From contig NC_052146.1 in the NCBI RefSeq assembly GCF_902713615.1, forward strand, positions 41,289,324 through 41,353,323: a DNA stretch of 64,000 bases. Direction: 5' to 3'. Within the stretch, counting starts at the first letter, position 1, and the number at the start of each line of letters is the position of its first letter. Shown piece by piece: positions 49,096 through 62,902 of the stretch. Under the pieces are notes generated by a model. That model searched no databases and had not been told where the DNA came from. It saw nothing but the letters and a program-made list of their open reading frames with translations. This DNA is from Scyliorhinus canicula (taxonomy: Eukaryota). A program made the position numbers and the translations under genes.

Positions 49096-49755
49096 GTCAA
49101 CATCAATGGGAACGAAGTAGAGAGCTTCAAGTTTTTAGGTGTACAGATCACCAACAGCCTGTCCTGGTCCCCCCATGCTGACACTGTAGTTAAGAAACCC
49201 CACCAACGACTCTACTTTCTCAGAAGACTAAGGAAATTTGGCATGTCAGCTACGACCCTCACCAACTTCTACAGATGCACCATAGAAAGCATTCTTTCTG
49301 CTAGTATCACAGCTTGGTATGGAGCCTGCTCTGCTCAAGACCGCAGGAAACTACAAAAGGTCGTGAATGTAGCCCAGTCCATCACGCAAACCAGCCTCCC
49401 GTCCATTGACTCTATCTATAATTCCCGCTGCCTTAGAAAGATAGCCAGCATTATTTAAGACCCCAAGCACCCCGGACATACTCTCTCCCATTTTCTTCCG
49501 TCAGGAAAAAGATACCAAAGTTTGAGGTCATGTACCAACCGACTCAAGAACAGCTTCTTCCCTACTGCCATCAGATTTTTGAATGGACCTACCTCGTATT
49601 AAGTTGGTCTTTTCTCTACACCTTGCTATAACTGTAACATTATATTCTGCAGTCTCTCCTTCCTTCCCTATGTACGGAATGCATTGTTTGTACAGCATGC
49701 AAGAAACAATACTTTTCACTGTGTAGTAATACATGTGACAATAATAAATCAAATT
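49096..49755 (+). mobile_element. Rex1/Babar LINE 3' end
   Basis: VESFKFLG..LSWS..QRLYFLRRLRKFG..FYRCTIESIL (DUF1891-type); tail caataataaatcaaat. Confidence 0.88.
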
Positions 49756-50258
49756 GTTGGGTGCGCACGCACTTTAATCATTGTGTGATTCTTGGTAAAA
49801 TAATAAATTGAGAAGCTTAGTTTGCAACTATGAAATTAAATATTAAGATCAGGCACCCAATAATGGTATATACCCTCTCAACAATCACTGCCAAAATAAA
49901 AATTTCTACCATTTGTCTCATTTCTGTTTATGAGATCTGTCTTTGTGCAAATTTGTGGTAATATTTACCTACTGAACAATAATTAATGGCAATAAGCAAC
50001 TTGAACCATTCCAAATACATAACAATGTATTGTATAGATTTCTCACTGGTCAGTCAGTCACTAATTGTCCTCTCGGGAGCAGAAATGTGTGACCAGTTGA
50101 ACTAAAGTTACGTGAGGGATAAAGCACAGGGAAGACTTAAATCCCTTCATTCTTAATATTGCAGGTTTTTGTTTGATTTGTTACCATGCTATTAAATTCA
50201 GTCTGTAAAGTCTCCAGTTTCAGGAACATGTCTGAACATGCTGCCTATATTATGTATC

Positions 50259-50409
50259 AATGCTTTCTGTGCCTGTGTATTAACTTATGTTTGAATTACA
50301 ATATATAGCTTGAAAATATTGACTGAGTTTATGTAGCAATGCTTTCTCTGCCTGTCTCTCTTAATTTAAGTCTGAATTACAGTATATAGCTTGAAAGTAT
50401 TGACTGAGT
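50259..50409 (+). repeat. Diverged ~79-bp tandem duplication
   Basis: aatgctttct..tgaattaca.tatatagcttgaaa.tattgactgagt occurs twice. Confidence 0.8.
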
Positions 50410-50611
50410 AGGATAATACTATGTTAATTGGAGATTGCTGTAAAATGTAACTTTTTCTGTCTTCATTATTATCCCTAATGTAAATTAATTAAACTAATAT
50501 AATTTTGAGGTTTTTAAAGAATTGTGAAGTTTATTCAATACTCTATGAACCTTGTTCTTAGGCAAGCAGTGTACTTCTGTAAAGTGTATGAATTTTGTGT
50601 CTGCTTTATAG

Positions 50612-50830
50612 GCTGGGGCCACATCGATGTGGGCTTCATGTTGTGGTCTACTAAATGAAGTAATGGGTACTGGAACGGTGCGTGGACAGCAACCTGGGTT
50701 CAGTGGAGCTACAGGGCCATTCAGATTTGCCCACAGCGCAGGATATTCTACGTATCCCTCCCCAATGCCTGAAATCCCAAATATAGTCTGTAAAGGCTGT
50801 GGTCAGGCCTTTTCTCTCTTTAGGAAGAAG
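50612..50830 (+). CDS. RNF34: E3 ubiquitin ligase RNF34 exon 2 (219 nt), start of FYVE-like domain
   Basis: tag|AGATSMWASCCGLLNEVMGTGTVRGQQ...NIVCKGCGQAFSLFRKK|gtgagt. Confidence 0.96.
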
Positions 50831-51180
50831 GTGAGTTGAGTAGTCTTTAATTGATATGTTGTGCTAACTTGGTATTCGTTCATTAATTCATGCATTAATG
50901 CGGGGGAAAGGAGCAAGAGGGAGAAAATAGTGGTTGAATTAAAAGCTGAATTTAGAATAGGCCAAATGTGAGTTGTATGCATAGATAATGCTGTGGCACA
51001 TGTGGCTACTGCATATAAAATGTTTCCCGTCCTCTGTGATAGTAGTGAAGCAAACGCTGCTCAGCGTTTGAATAAAGGGACAGGCTGTATTAGTACTTGC
51101 CAAATTTAGTTTATTTTAGCAGTTTGAATTTTGTGTGAACTAACAATATCTAAAACATGCATTTATATTGAGTCATTAAC

Positions 51181-51346
51181 AGGGCGGCATGGTGGCACAA
51201 TGGTTAGCACTGTTGCCCTATGTTCTCCCCGTGTCTGCGTGGGTTTCACCCCCACAACCCAAAGATGTGCAGGTTAGGTGGATTGGCCACACTAAATTGT
51301 CCCTTAATTAGAAAAAAATAATTGGGTACTCTAAATTTAAAAAAAG
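51181..51346 (+). mobile_element. Short A-tailed HE1 SINE
   Basis: TSD TATTGAGTCATTAAC 51166-51180 and 51347-51361. Confidence 0.85.
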
Positions 51347-51419
51347 TATTGAGTCATTAACTTAAACCTGGGTCTACGGTAGCCACAAGAATGCTGAGTA
51401 CTGCACGATAGGCATCTCA

Positions 51420-53865
51420 GATCGTGCTCCACATCTAGTAGATTTGATATTAAAAATGGGTCCGGTTCAGCATCCGGCAATGAGGTTGAATGTGGAAGTA
51501 TTGGCAGATAGCGAGGGGAGAGGTGGAACATAGGGTGTCCCTGTACGCTGATGCCCACCATAGGCGACATAGTGGAACTGCTGAAGTGCTTTGGCTCTTT
51601 TTCAGGGTAAAGCTAAACTTGGGGGAAAAAGGTGAGTGCTTTCCAGTTAATCCCCCGGGGAGGGGAGTTAATCTAGGAGTGCTACCTTTTCGTTTGGCAG
51701 GTTCCAGCTTTAGGTATCTGGAGGTTCAAGTAACCCGGATTAGGCCCGTCTCTGTAAACTGAACCATAAGAACTTGATAGGCAGGTTCAGGACCGATCTG
51801 CAAAGGTGGGATAAAGGGATGGTATGGTGGCACGGTGGTTAGCACTGCTGCGTCACAGCTACAGGGAGCCGTGTTCAAATCTGGCCTCGGGTGACTGTGT
51901 GGAGTTTGTACTTTCTCTCCATGTCTGCATGGGTTCCCTCCGGGTGCTCCGTTTCCACCCAAAGTCCAAACATGTGTAGGTTAGGTGGGTTGGCCATGCT
52001 AAATTGCCCCTTAGTGTCCAAATGGTTAGGTTGGGTTATAGGTGGAGGCATGGGTTTAAGTAGTGAGCTCTTTCCAAGGGCCGGTGCAGACTTGATGGGC
52101 CGAACGGCTCCTTCTGCACTGTAGATTCTATGATTGACGGGCAGGGTCCGACAGTCAAGATGAACATTTTGCCAAGATTTTTATTTTTGTTCCAGTGTTT
52201 TATTTGCTGGTTTATCTCCCTAAATCCTTTTTTGCGGATTTTGTGAGGGCCTCGAAGAATCCAGCACGAGTTTTCAGGATACAAAGAAATAACATTTATT
52301 TACAATAACATATATATACAGCAGCAGCAACTTCCCTTGCTGCTCCCTCTCTGCTGGTTCCAAACTGGCCAGCTCTATTTATGCAGGGAGTCTGCTAATG
52401 ATTTCTCCGCCCCCCTCATTGGGGAAGCTCATACTCCCAAAGGATTGTGGGATTGTCATTAATCCCCAGCCAATGGTAAGCAGGCAGGTTATAACAGCGG
52501 AGTCGAAAAGTTGATTCCTTCCTTTGTAAGAGGCGAGCAAGACCGTAAGGATTTGGACGACTGTCCATCAAAGGGATAGGCAGTCAGGGGCCTTGGTGTT
52601 GCCGAACTTGATATTTTATTACTGGGCAGCAAAAGTGGACAAGATGGGTTGGTGTAGTGATCCAAGAGCTACGTGGGTGCAGAAGTCATGGAGAGTATCT
52701 ATCCGGAGGGACTTGGCGAGGGCCTCGCGACCGTTCTCTCCGGCAAAGTATTCGGCAAATCCAGTGGCGTCTCCACTTTGAAGATATGAAGACAATCTCA
52801 ACATCATTTTAAACTGGGGTCAGTAGCGAAGCTGGCTCTGATTTGTGAGAATCATCTGTTCAAGCCTGCAAGATTGAATGCCACTTTCGGGGTTGGGAGA
52901 GAGAATTGGTGATCTGTTCCTGGGGCAACGGTTTGCCAGTTTATTTATATTTTTAAATAAATTTAGAGTACCCAATTCATTTTTTCCAATTAAGGGGCAA
53001 TTTAGCGTGTTCAATCTACCTACTTTGCACATCTTTGGGTTGTGGGGGCGAAACCCATGCAAACACGGGGAGAATGTGCAAACACCACACGGACAGTGAC
53101 CCAGAGCCGGGATCGAACCTGGGACCTCGGCGCCATGAGACTGCAGTGCCAGCACTGCACCACCGTGCTGCCCTTGGTTTGCCAGTTTAGAGGAACTGTC
53201 GGAGACGTTTGGGTTCTCGTAACCTGACTTATTCAGGTATTTACAAGTTTGCAACTTTGCAAAATAGATTTTCTTGACATTCCTTGTGGCGCTGCCAACC
53301 TGTCTAATGGAGAGGGTTCTTTCGTTTGCAGGATCGGAGGAAGGGAGCTCCTCCGGTATTTATGGACAGAAATCAGTGTCCGTAGAGGGGGTTAAGGTCA
53401 GATGGAATGAGGAATCAGGGCCCATTTTAGATGACTAGGTGTGGCGCGACGCCCTGCGGAGGGTGAACTCCACAACCTCGTGCGCAAGGCTTGGTTTAAT
53501 CCAACTCAAAGTAGTTTACAGGGCGCACCTGACTGGATCCAGAATGAGTAGTTTATTTGTAGGGCTGGAGGATAAGTGTTCAGGGTGTACGGCCAACCAT
53601 GTGCACATGTTTTGGTCTTATCCCATGCTTGTAAGTTTTTGGGTCTCCTTCTTTAGCACCCTGTCGCCGATTCTGAAAATTGAACTGAAGCCCTGTCCTT
53701 TTGTGGCCATATTTGGGGTGTCAGACTCGCCAGAGCTGCAGACAGGCACGGGGGCCGATGTCCTGGCTTTTGCCTTGCTGATTGCCCTGAGTCAAGTATT
53801 GCTGAGGTGAAGGTCTGGTTCTCTGCCCAGTGCCTCAGTGTGGCTGGAAAAACTGTCAGACTGCA
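51420..53865 (+). mobile_element. Degenerate L1-clade ORF2 with nested HE1 SINEs (~51816-52133 +; 52944-53175 -) and solo LTR
   Basis: EHRVSLYAD, FRYL, LPNLIFYYWAA, LIQLKVVYRAHLT, C..C.ANHVHMFWS (C-terminal zinc knuckle). Confidence 0.8.
52242..52496 (-). mobile_element. Solo LTR (probably Gypsy-type)
   Basis: TG...CA termini (TGTTATAAC...CTCACA on minus), AATAAA on minus; interrupts L1 sequence. Confidence 0.65.
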
Positions 53866-54357
53866 TGTTGAAAATGTAAGTGAACTCCAGTACATTTACA
53901 ATATTACAAATCAAGCACTTGAGGTCATTTTGATCTCAATTTAGCGCTTATGGCAACTTAAATCTTTGCAGTATTCTGTTATCTCAGCTGGCCTGGCTGA
54001 GAGTTATAATGTCTTGATTTTTCTGCTGCTTCTAAAAATGCTTGGACAGGTCCCTCAAGTAAATTACTTACAAGGTTCTTTGTTTTAATTCCAATGCTTG
54101 TTATAACCGAGAGCATAGCTCTGGATTTGTTTATTGTCATGTGTACCAAGGCACAGTGAAAAGTATTTTTCTGCGAGCAGCTCAACAGATCATTAAGTAC
54201 ATGAAAAGAAAGAAAATACATAATAGGGCAACACAAAATACACAATGTAACTAGATAATGCCGGCTTTTATTTACTCTCAATTATCTGTTTAGATAGAAA
54301 ATAAATTCACCATAGTCAGCTTGCACATAAAAGAAAAATTCCTCATGGCCAATGATA

Positions 54358-55001
54358 AACATAGAAACATAGAAGATAGGAGGAGGAGGCCATTCAGCTC
54401 TTTGAGCCTGCTCCGCCATTTGTCACAATCATGCTTGATTGTCCAACTCAATAGCCTAATCCTGCCTTCTATCCATAACCCTTGACCCCATTTGCCTCGA
54501 GTGGCATTTCTAGCTGCCTCTTGAATGTATTCAATATCTTAGCCTCAACTACTTCCTGTGGTAATGAATTCCACAGACTCACCACTCTTTGGACGAAGAA
54601 ATGTCTCATCTCTGTTCTAAATAGTCTACCCCGAATCCTTAGACTGTGACCCCTGGTTCGGGACACTCCCACCATCGGGAGCATCCTCCCTGCAGCCACC
54701 CTATCTAGTCCTGTTAGAATTTTATAAATCTCTATGAGATCCCCCCTCATTCGTCTGAACTCCAGTGAGAACAATCCTAACCTAGTCAATCTCACCTCGT
54801 ATGTCTGTCCCGCCATCCCCGGAATCAGCCTGGTAAACCTTCGCTACACACCCTTGAAAACAAGAACATCCTTCTTCAGAAAAGGAGACCAAAACTGCAC
54901 ACAATATTCTAGGTGTGGCCTCACCAAGGCCCTGTATAATTGCAACAGCACATCCCTGCTCCTGTACTCAAAACCTCTCGCAATGAAAGCCAAGGTACCA
55001 T
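54358..55001 (-). mobile_element. CR1 3' fragment
   Basis: YEVRLTRLGLFSLEFRRMRGDLIE..FFVQRVVSLWNSLP. Confidence 0.9.
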
Positions 55002-55812
55002 TTACACATAATGAGCACAGTTCCTATCCCTCCGATGGGCACAGGGACACGCAAAGAATGTTCTCTTTACCCCCACCCGAACATACACCTTCCTCCTTGC
55101 CTGACACCAGCCCGCACAGTTAAAGCTGCAGGGCTTGCTGTAGGTGAAATAGTGGCAGAACAGGATGAGGCCCTTGATTGGCCACTTCAGGCTCTCCATA
55201 GGCCCGTGGGTGTGTGAGTTGCCAAATGACTCCACCCCCTCTCTCTCCACTTTCTAGTAAACGTATCAAAGCACTTAGGAGGTGAAAAAAATAACTGGTT
55301 ACTGAGCAGTAATGGCAGACGATTTCTAAGCAATTGTAACTTGTAGATATTGTAAATTCAATTTAGAATAAGAGTACAGAAAGCTATAAAGTGGTTGAGG
55401 TTATTTGAATGCAATACAGCACTCCAACCTTTTAATCTACCATTTTCTATGTTAAATTCTCATAATAGGTCTGATCTTGATTGGATATGATGAATAGAAT
55501 TTACTGACATTAAAATTTCTAGGACATGCCACTATTTTTTTGTTAGTGGGCTAGCTAAACTGATAATACACACTAATTATTACTAGCAGTTGCAAGTTAA
55601 TGCATGAAAAAATGAACAAAAACAAACATCTCTTTAAATAACTGACTTGTTCAAAATTTCAAGTATAAGTGATGGCTAAGATTTTTTTCTGTTTTAAACC
55701 AATATCCACCTATTGGCGTTAAATGAAAAGAAAGATGAGGAAGCTAAATATATTGTGATCATTTTGCTGACTTCCACTGAACACGGTGTCTAGTTCACAA
55801 CAATTGACTTGT

Positions 55813-56130
55813 GGGGTGGCACGGTAGCACAGTGGTTAAACATGTTGCTTCACAGCTCCAGGGTCCCAGGTTCGATTCCTAGCTTGGGACACTGTGCGGA
55901 GTCTGCACGTTCTCCTCATGTCTGCGTGAGTTTCCTCCCGGGCTCTCTTTTTTCCTCCCACAGTCTAAAGATGTGCGGGTTAGGTGGATTGGCCATGCTA
56001 AACAAAAAAGATTAGGGGGTTACGGGGATAGGGTGGCGATGTCCACTTAAGTAGGGTACTCTTTCTGAGGGCCGGTCCAGACTCGATGGGCCGAATGGCC
56101 TTCTGCACTGTAAATTCTATGATTCTATGA
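55813..56130 (+). mobile_element. Canonical HE1 SINE
   Basis: Head, V-domain and (ATTCTATG)n tail. Confidence 0.85.
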
Positions 56131-57483
56131 CTTAAGGTATATAAAAGTTCAACTGGAAGTACATCTGCATTCACTTTGTTCTAGCAGATATGTTTTAAGC
56201 TAGTCATGTATAATGTTACAATAAGTCACTTGGAAAATGTAAATAGAATTTGTTGAATCTGCAAAGCAAAATCAACTAGCTCCTGATTTCTATACAATGA
56301 TAGCAACAAGAAAGTATAAATGTGTGGACACAGAAAGAATTGGTCTAGACCATGATGGTCAAGTAACTTTCTGCTTTGGCTCACACATGAATAATCATTT
56401 GCCAGGAATAGAAAAATGTAGAACCATATTGAAACATGACTGACTGTTCAAGGAAGGCTGGGGGGAGGGTTGGTGGGAGAAGATGGTACGGTGGAATAAA
56501 ATGTTGACTACATTACTCATGGTATTGATAAATGACCTTTCTATTTAATATACTTACTGTAACAACAGTTCTAAAATTGTTGAGTCTTAAGGGACTCGAT
56601 TCCTATAAATGTATGTTGCATTTTAATGTTAAATACTGAAAGATATCAGATGAGATTCTCCACCTGCCAAAGGTTTTGTTGGATCGCCTTTACTTTAATT
56701 GCTCTTAAATAAAGCCCCCCTTTTTTATTGGTTCAGTTAATGCCTTTCTAGTGTTGTTCTTCCTGAGAGCAAATCCTGCTGTTCAGATAAGTTTAGTAGT
56801 TATAAAGTTATAATAAGTTTTAGTCTTAAGTGTGTCAGCTAGTGATAATTCAGATTGCATCTGAAGAGTAGTCAGAATATATTTATAACTTAATTCGCCT
56901 TTTTCCTATTGGTAACACACTAATTTTAAGTGAAAGGTTTTGTGAGCTTTTTAGTCAGTAGTTTTCATTTTTACTTGGTGTGAGTCCCTTGGTATGTCCT
57001 ATATTTGTACAATTATGTTGTTTTCCTATTCTTACATTACTTGCTTCCTGGATGGAAACCTAGCACCACCTCCTTTGAGTGCATAGATAAAAGTGAATCT
57101 AATAATCATTAAGGCTTGTAAATTCAAAGCTATTGTTGAAAAATAGACAATTGCTGAATTCAAACCCAAAAATAATGTAATAGCCAATTTGACCATGTTC
57201 AATTGTTATAAATAAATAATCAAAGCATAATATGTTGCACATTATAAGGCAATACTACTATTGTTATAAAATAAATTACTGTCTCACTGACCAGTGGAAA
57301 TATTTTTCCTGATTTATGTTTTTTGGGTTTAAAAAAATCTATCTAATTTGAAGCATCAATATATCAGAACTTCTCTTGACTTTTGTTTAGAAGAATTGAT
57401 CAAAGTTTGTCCTACAATTACTTCACTATGAGATGCTCAGCTGGTGAAGCCCACTCTCTAAAAGTATTTTCTTTGTTTACCAG

Positions 57484-57879
57484 TACATATGTAAGGATTG
57501 CAAGAAGAATTTCTGTTCATTCTGTTCAGTGATGCAAGAAAATCTACGAAGATGCTCCACATGCCATGTGTTACAACAAACCTCTTTCCAGCGTAATGAG
57601 CTCATGAAAATAAAAGTCAAAGATCTACGAGAGTATCTGAGCTTAAGAAACATACCCATAGAAACATGTCGTGAAAAAGAGGACTTGGTACAGCTTGTAT
57701 TGAGCCATCATGGATCAGATGCTGATGGTGTAGACACTGAGAATATGCGTTCGTCAAGATCACAGAGTTCCCAATTTTATACTAACCCTCCTGCCACCAC
57801 TTCAGCATCAGCAACACCATCTACTCAGGGGATTTTCTCCAATCAAAGATCCAGCTCAGGAACTCCAAACATACAACAG
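57484..57879 (+). CDS. RNF34: RNF34 exon 3 (396 nt), FYVE-like end and SAP-like region; RING exons lie right of the window
   Basis: cag|[69 protein letters not shown]...NIQQ|gtag. Confidence 0.95.
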
Positions 57880-58169
57880 GTAGATTATGAATTTTCAAAT
57901 ATGTTGAATTTTGGTTTGATAAAGGTTCATTTGGGGCAGTTCTTACAAATCCATTCAGAAACATATTACTTATGTCTTTAAAACTGTTTCTTAATTTGCA
58001 AAAGTCCAGTCATTTTTAAGTATTTGAAATTATGCAACCAAAAATGCTTGTAACAAAATGGTTGTGCTGATGGTGTTCTTTGAATACATTGCACGTTTTC
58101 CAAAATATGAATGCACACTTCCAAGGCTTAGGGGACAGTCTCTTTTTCTTGACCTGCAAAGTAATTTTT

Positions 58170-61100
58170 TAACGTTTTTTTTTTTAGTATACAAAACAAA
58201 TATAAACATGTACAAGCAGTGTGAGTAACGCAAGAGAGTATATAAGGAGTAACATTGGAATTATTTACATCAAGATCGGTTTTAACTATTTGCATAGATA
58301 CACCACAGTTTCCCCTTCCTTTTCTTTTGTCCCTTCCTTGCAATGTTTGCTGTAGTAATTGTGGTTCCCTGCGTTTTGCTCTCTACCGGATTTCCCTTGG
58401 GCTTCCTGGTTGTTGGCTACAAACAGGTCTTGGAACAACTGAATGAATGGCTCCCACATTTTGTGGAAGCCTTCTTCCGACCCTCAGATAGCGAATTTGA
58501 TTTTCTCCATTTGGAGAAATTATGACAGGTCGGACAGCCAGTCTGCAGCTTTGGGTGGTGCTGCTGATCGCCAGCCGAGCAGGATTCTCCGGCGGCGATC
58601 AGGGAGGCAAGGGCGTCGGCCCTCCTCCCCATGAAGAGATCTGGCTGTTCTGATATCTCGAAGACTGCCACTCTCGGTCTTGACTCCACCTTCATCCCCA
58701 CCACTTTGAACATTGCCTCAAAGAAGGCTGTCGAGACCCAGCAAGTCTGGATCCAAGACCAGAACATGCGGGCGTGGTTGAACAGATGGTTCGCATCTGT
58801 CCTCCACGTACGGGGAAGAACCCGCTCATTCGGGTTCTGGTTAAATGAACTCTTTGTACTACTTTTAGCTGCAATGGCTTAGCCTTGCGCACGTGGAGGT
58901 GGGGTTGACCCTGTACATGTTTCGCTCCAGAGCCCCACCCTATTTCAAACCCCAAGTCCTCCTCCCACTTCTCCCTTGTCTCATCCGTACATGTCCCCGC
59001 AGTTCTCTTTCCCTAAGATGTCCATATTCAGTAGTTCCCAGCAGTGACTGTCTTGGTGGTCGTCGGTACGTCCTCGTTTCTTATCGGAAGTTTTTGAGTC
59101 GTAGATACCGGAGTTCGTTAGCCCCTGTCGGTTGGAATCTTTCTGTCAGTTCTTTGAGCATTGTTAACCTGCTGTTGCTGTAACCCAAAATGCTGTAGCG
59201 GTTGATTCCATGACTGGAGCATTGCCATTACCACTGGGCTAGTTGAATATTTCTTGGGTGGAGATGGGAGTGCCACCGTAGCTAGGGCATGGAGGGAGGT
59301 CCCCTTGCTGGTGTCCTTCTCCATTAGCACCCACTGCTTTTGGCTCCTTTATCCAACCCTCTCTCTGCGATCGCTGCCCAGTGGTAGTACTGTAAGTTTG
59401 GGAGGGCTAAGACCCCCTGGATCTCGTTCTCTGCAGTACATTTTTTGGGATCCTTGCATTCACCCCCCCCCCCCCCCCCAAACGAATGCACCCTCCCTGC
59501 CAGGGAAAGTGTTCCATCTCTGCAGTCCTTTTCAACTTCCTCTGTCAGGCTGGTCAGATTCCATTTGTGGACCCCTGTCCAGTTGTGGACGATTTGGATC
59601 TTCAGGTAGCGGAATTTGTGCTGGGTCTTTTTGAAAGGTAGCTCCTCCAGCTCTGCCCCTCCCCTTTGCGGGTTCACTGGGAAGATCTCGCTTTTGTTTT
59701 TTGGAGAAGGCTCCAAACTCTTTCAAGAGCGCCATGAGTCCTTCCGTACTGCTTTGTGGGTCTGAGATGTAGAGGAGCAGGTCATCTGTATGGAGCGAGA
59801 CTCTGTGCTCTCTGCCTCCTCTCTGGGTCCTTTTCCAATTCTTTGCCATCCTGAGCGCGATCGTTAATGGCTCGATCGCTAAGGCAAATAGCAGTGGGGA
59901 AAGTGGACACCCCTGCCTTGTGCCCCTGTGCAACTGGAAGTACTTAGAACTGGTGGTGTTTGTCCGTATGCTTGCTGTGGGGGTGTGATACAGGGGCTTC
60001 ATCCAGGAGGTGAATCCTGTTCCAAACCCGAACTGCTCCAGGTACTTCCATTCCCTTTTCTGCGTCCAGGGTGACAACCACCTCGGGTATTGTCTCCCCA
60101 GATGGGGTCATGATTACGTTCACCAGGTGCCTGATGTTCAAAGTTAGCTGTCTACCTTTGACAAAGCCTGTCTGGTCCTTTGCGACCACCTCTGGCACGC
60201 AGTCCTCCAGCTTTTGGGCCAGGAACTTGGCCAGTATTTTTGCATCTACGTTTAGTAGCGAGTTGGGTCTGTAGGAACCACACTCTGTTGGGTCCTTGTC
60301 TTTTTTTAGGTATCAGTGAGATTGAGGCTTGTGCTAATGTAGGTGGCAGTGTGGCCCTCGCAAGCGAGCCTGTGAACATCTTCCGCAGGTGCGGGGCCAG
60401 TGCCGTCGCAAATCTTTTGTAGAAGTTAGCTCGGAAACTGTCCGGTCCTGGCACCTTCCCCGTCTGCATGAAGCTAGTACTCTCCATGACCTCTCAGTTC
60501 TAGCGGTACGTCCAGGCCCCGTTTCCTGTCCTCTCCCACGACCAGCAGGCCCAGTCCATCAAAGAACAGCTTCATCCCCGAGTCCCCTGCTGGGGGCTCC
60601 TTGGTGTACAGCCCCTGGTAGAAGTTCTCAAAGGCCTTGATGACCTTGTCCTGTTCCCCTACTGATTTGCCTCTGCTATCCCTAATTCAGGCAATCTCCC
60701 TCGTGGCTGCCTGCTTTCTCAGCTGGTGGGCCAGCAAGTGGCTGGCCTTATCTATTTGTTCATACAGGGTCCCACGTGCCTGGCGGAGTTGGTGCACTGC
60801 TTTACTTGTGGAGAGCAGATCAAAGTCCATCTGTAGCTATTTTCTCTCTGCCAGGAGCTCTACGGTCGGGGCCTCGGAGTATTGCCGGTCCACCTCCAAT
60901 ATGGAGTCAACTAGCTGTTGCCTCGCTGCACTCTCTTCCCTGTCCCTTTGTGCTTTAAAATTGATAATGTATCCCCTGGCCTTCAGCGCCTCCCAGAACA
61001 TGAGACCTCCCCATTCTGGTTACTAGTAATATATTCATCTATGGCCTGTGATATGTTCTCGCAAAAACCCTCATCGGCCAGGAGTGCCGTGTCCAATGTC

Positions 61101-62645
61101 CATGGGGGGGCGTGGGTCCGGCCCGTCTTCAACCTCCCATCCATATAGTATGGAGCGTGGTCGGAGATTACGATCGCAGAATAATCTGCCTCACCAGCCA
61201 TGATGTACTGTCCCCTGGATCCATAACTGTCTTTGTTGCCGTGAACTTTGACCTCTTATTTAGCAAAATGGCTACCCCCCTGGCCCTCATCCCGTAGCAG
61301 GAATCCCACCCAGCTCTTCCTTACCCACATTCGGTCCTTTTCCCTCAGTTGTGTCTCTTGGAGGAGGAAGACTATGTTGGCTTTCATGTTTCTCAGGTGG
61401 GTGAAGACTCTGGATCTTTTCACTGGGCTGTTAAGTCCCCTAACATTCCAGGTGACTATCCTGTAGAGGGGCTTTTGTCCCCTACTCCTGTGGGATCAAC
61501 CATAATTACTTAATGGACATAATTACCTCCGTGCTTTCCCTTTGTTAGGGGGCTGCCCAAAATGGCCGCGGTCACTTTTCTCCCCATGAGGTCGGGCCCC
61601 TGGACTCCGGGGTTTCCCTTTGCCCAGGGACTCTCCCAAGTGGTTGCTTGCAGCACCACTTTGTTCTAAGTCGCCACATGTGGCCTGCTGTAGCCAGTGT
61701 AATGTCCTCCATCTTTCCTCATCTATTTCTTCCTTACGGTAGTGTCCCCCCGCCAATCCTGTTTCTTTCCCAGCTTACCCCCTGTCTCCGCTTTTTCCAA
61801 CCCCTGCCAGGCCCTTTCCCCCTTGCCGGAGACGCACCGCGGGTTCTTGCCTTCTCATGAATCACGGTTGTGTTGTTAGAGTCACGTTCTGCGGGCTTCT
61901 CTGCTGCCGCTTTTCCAGCCCGTGCTCTGCAACGAACTTGCTGCGCTTGCAGGGACCATGAAAAAGTGCTCTCTGTCTTGGCATGTGACCCAGAACTTGG
62001 CTGGGTACAACATTCCAAACGTTATGCTGTTCTTGTACAGCACGGCCTTTGCTTTGTTACATTCGGCCCAGCGCTTGACCAGGTCAGCCCGAATGTCTTG
62101 GTATATCCAGATCTTGTGTCCTTCCCAGTTGCAGTTTTTGGACTGCCTGGCCCAGTGCAAGATTCTCTCCCAGTCTTGGTACCAGCGCATTTTCGCAATT
62201 ATCGCCCTCGGCTGGTCCCCGGCTTTGGCTTTGGTCGGAGCGACCAGTGTACTCTGTCTACTTCTGGTGGGTTGGGGAAGCGCTCCCCTCCCACCACTTT
62301 ACCCAGCACTTGGGCCATGTATTTTGTGGGATCCCTACCCTTGATCCCCTCTGGTAGGCCCACGATTCACAAGTTCTGACCCTCGACCGATTCTCTTGGT
62401 CTTCAACCTTTCCTTTCAGGTTGACTTGTGTCGCAGCCAGCCTCGCTACCTCCTTTTCCAGGGTGACGATCCGGTTGCCCTGGTCCGTTGTGGCTTTTTC
62501 CAGGTCTTTGATCGTCGTCTCCTGGGCCTCCAGTCGCTTTTTGGCTCTGTCCACGGCCAACCGCATGTGCACCAGAACTTCGGCCACTGCGCCCTTCACC
62601 ACAGCCTGAATGTCCGACTTTGTCTCATCTCTATGTTCCCTCAAT
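58170..62645 (-). mobile_element. Near-full-length degenerate L1-clade element (ORF1, EN, RT, zinc knuckle)
   Basis: ORF1 (KVEDQENRSR, KIWIYQDI, FGMLYPA), WNVRGLNSP, ISDHAP, DQTGFVKGR, RGTRQGCPLSPLLFAL, HTDDLLLY. Confidence 0.9.
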
Positions 62646-62902
62646 GCTCTTTTTTTAACCGACAATTTTATTGAGGTATTTTTGGCATTGTAAACAGTAA
62701 CAATATACATTAGTGTGCAGATACCAATTACATAAAACATAGTGCAAATAACAGTACCCCTCTCGCAAATAGACCCGCCTATTCTTCCCTCCTACTCTAC
62801 ACTATTCTACCCTATAACATTCAATGGCATTACCATCGCCTAATCCTGCACATCGAAATCCTGGGGGTTACCATTGACCAGAAATGGATTTGGACTAGCC
62901 AT

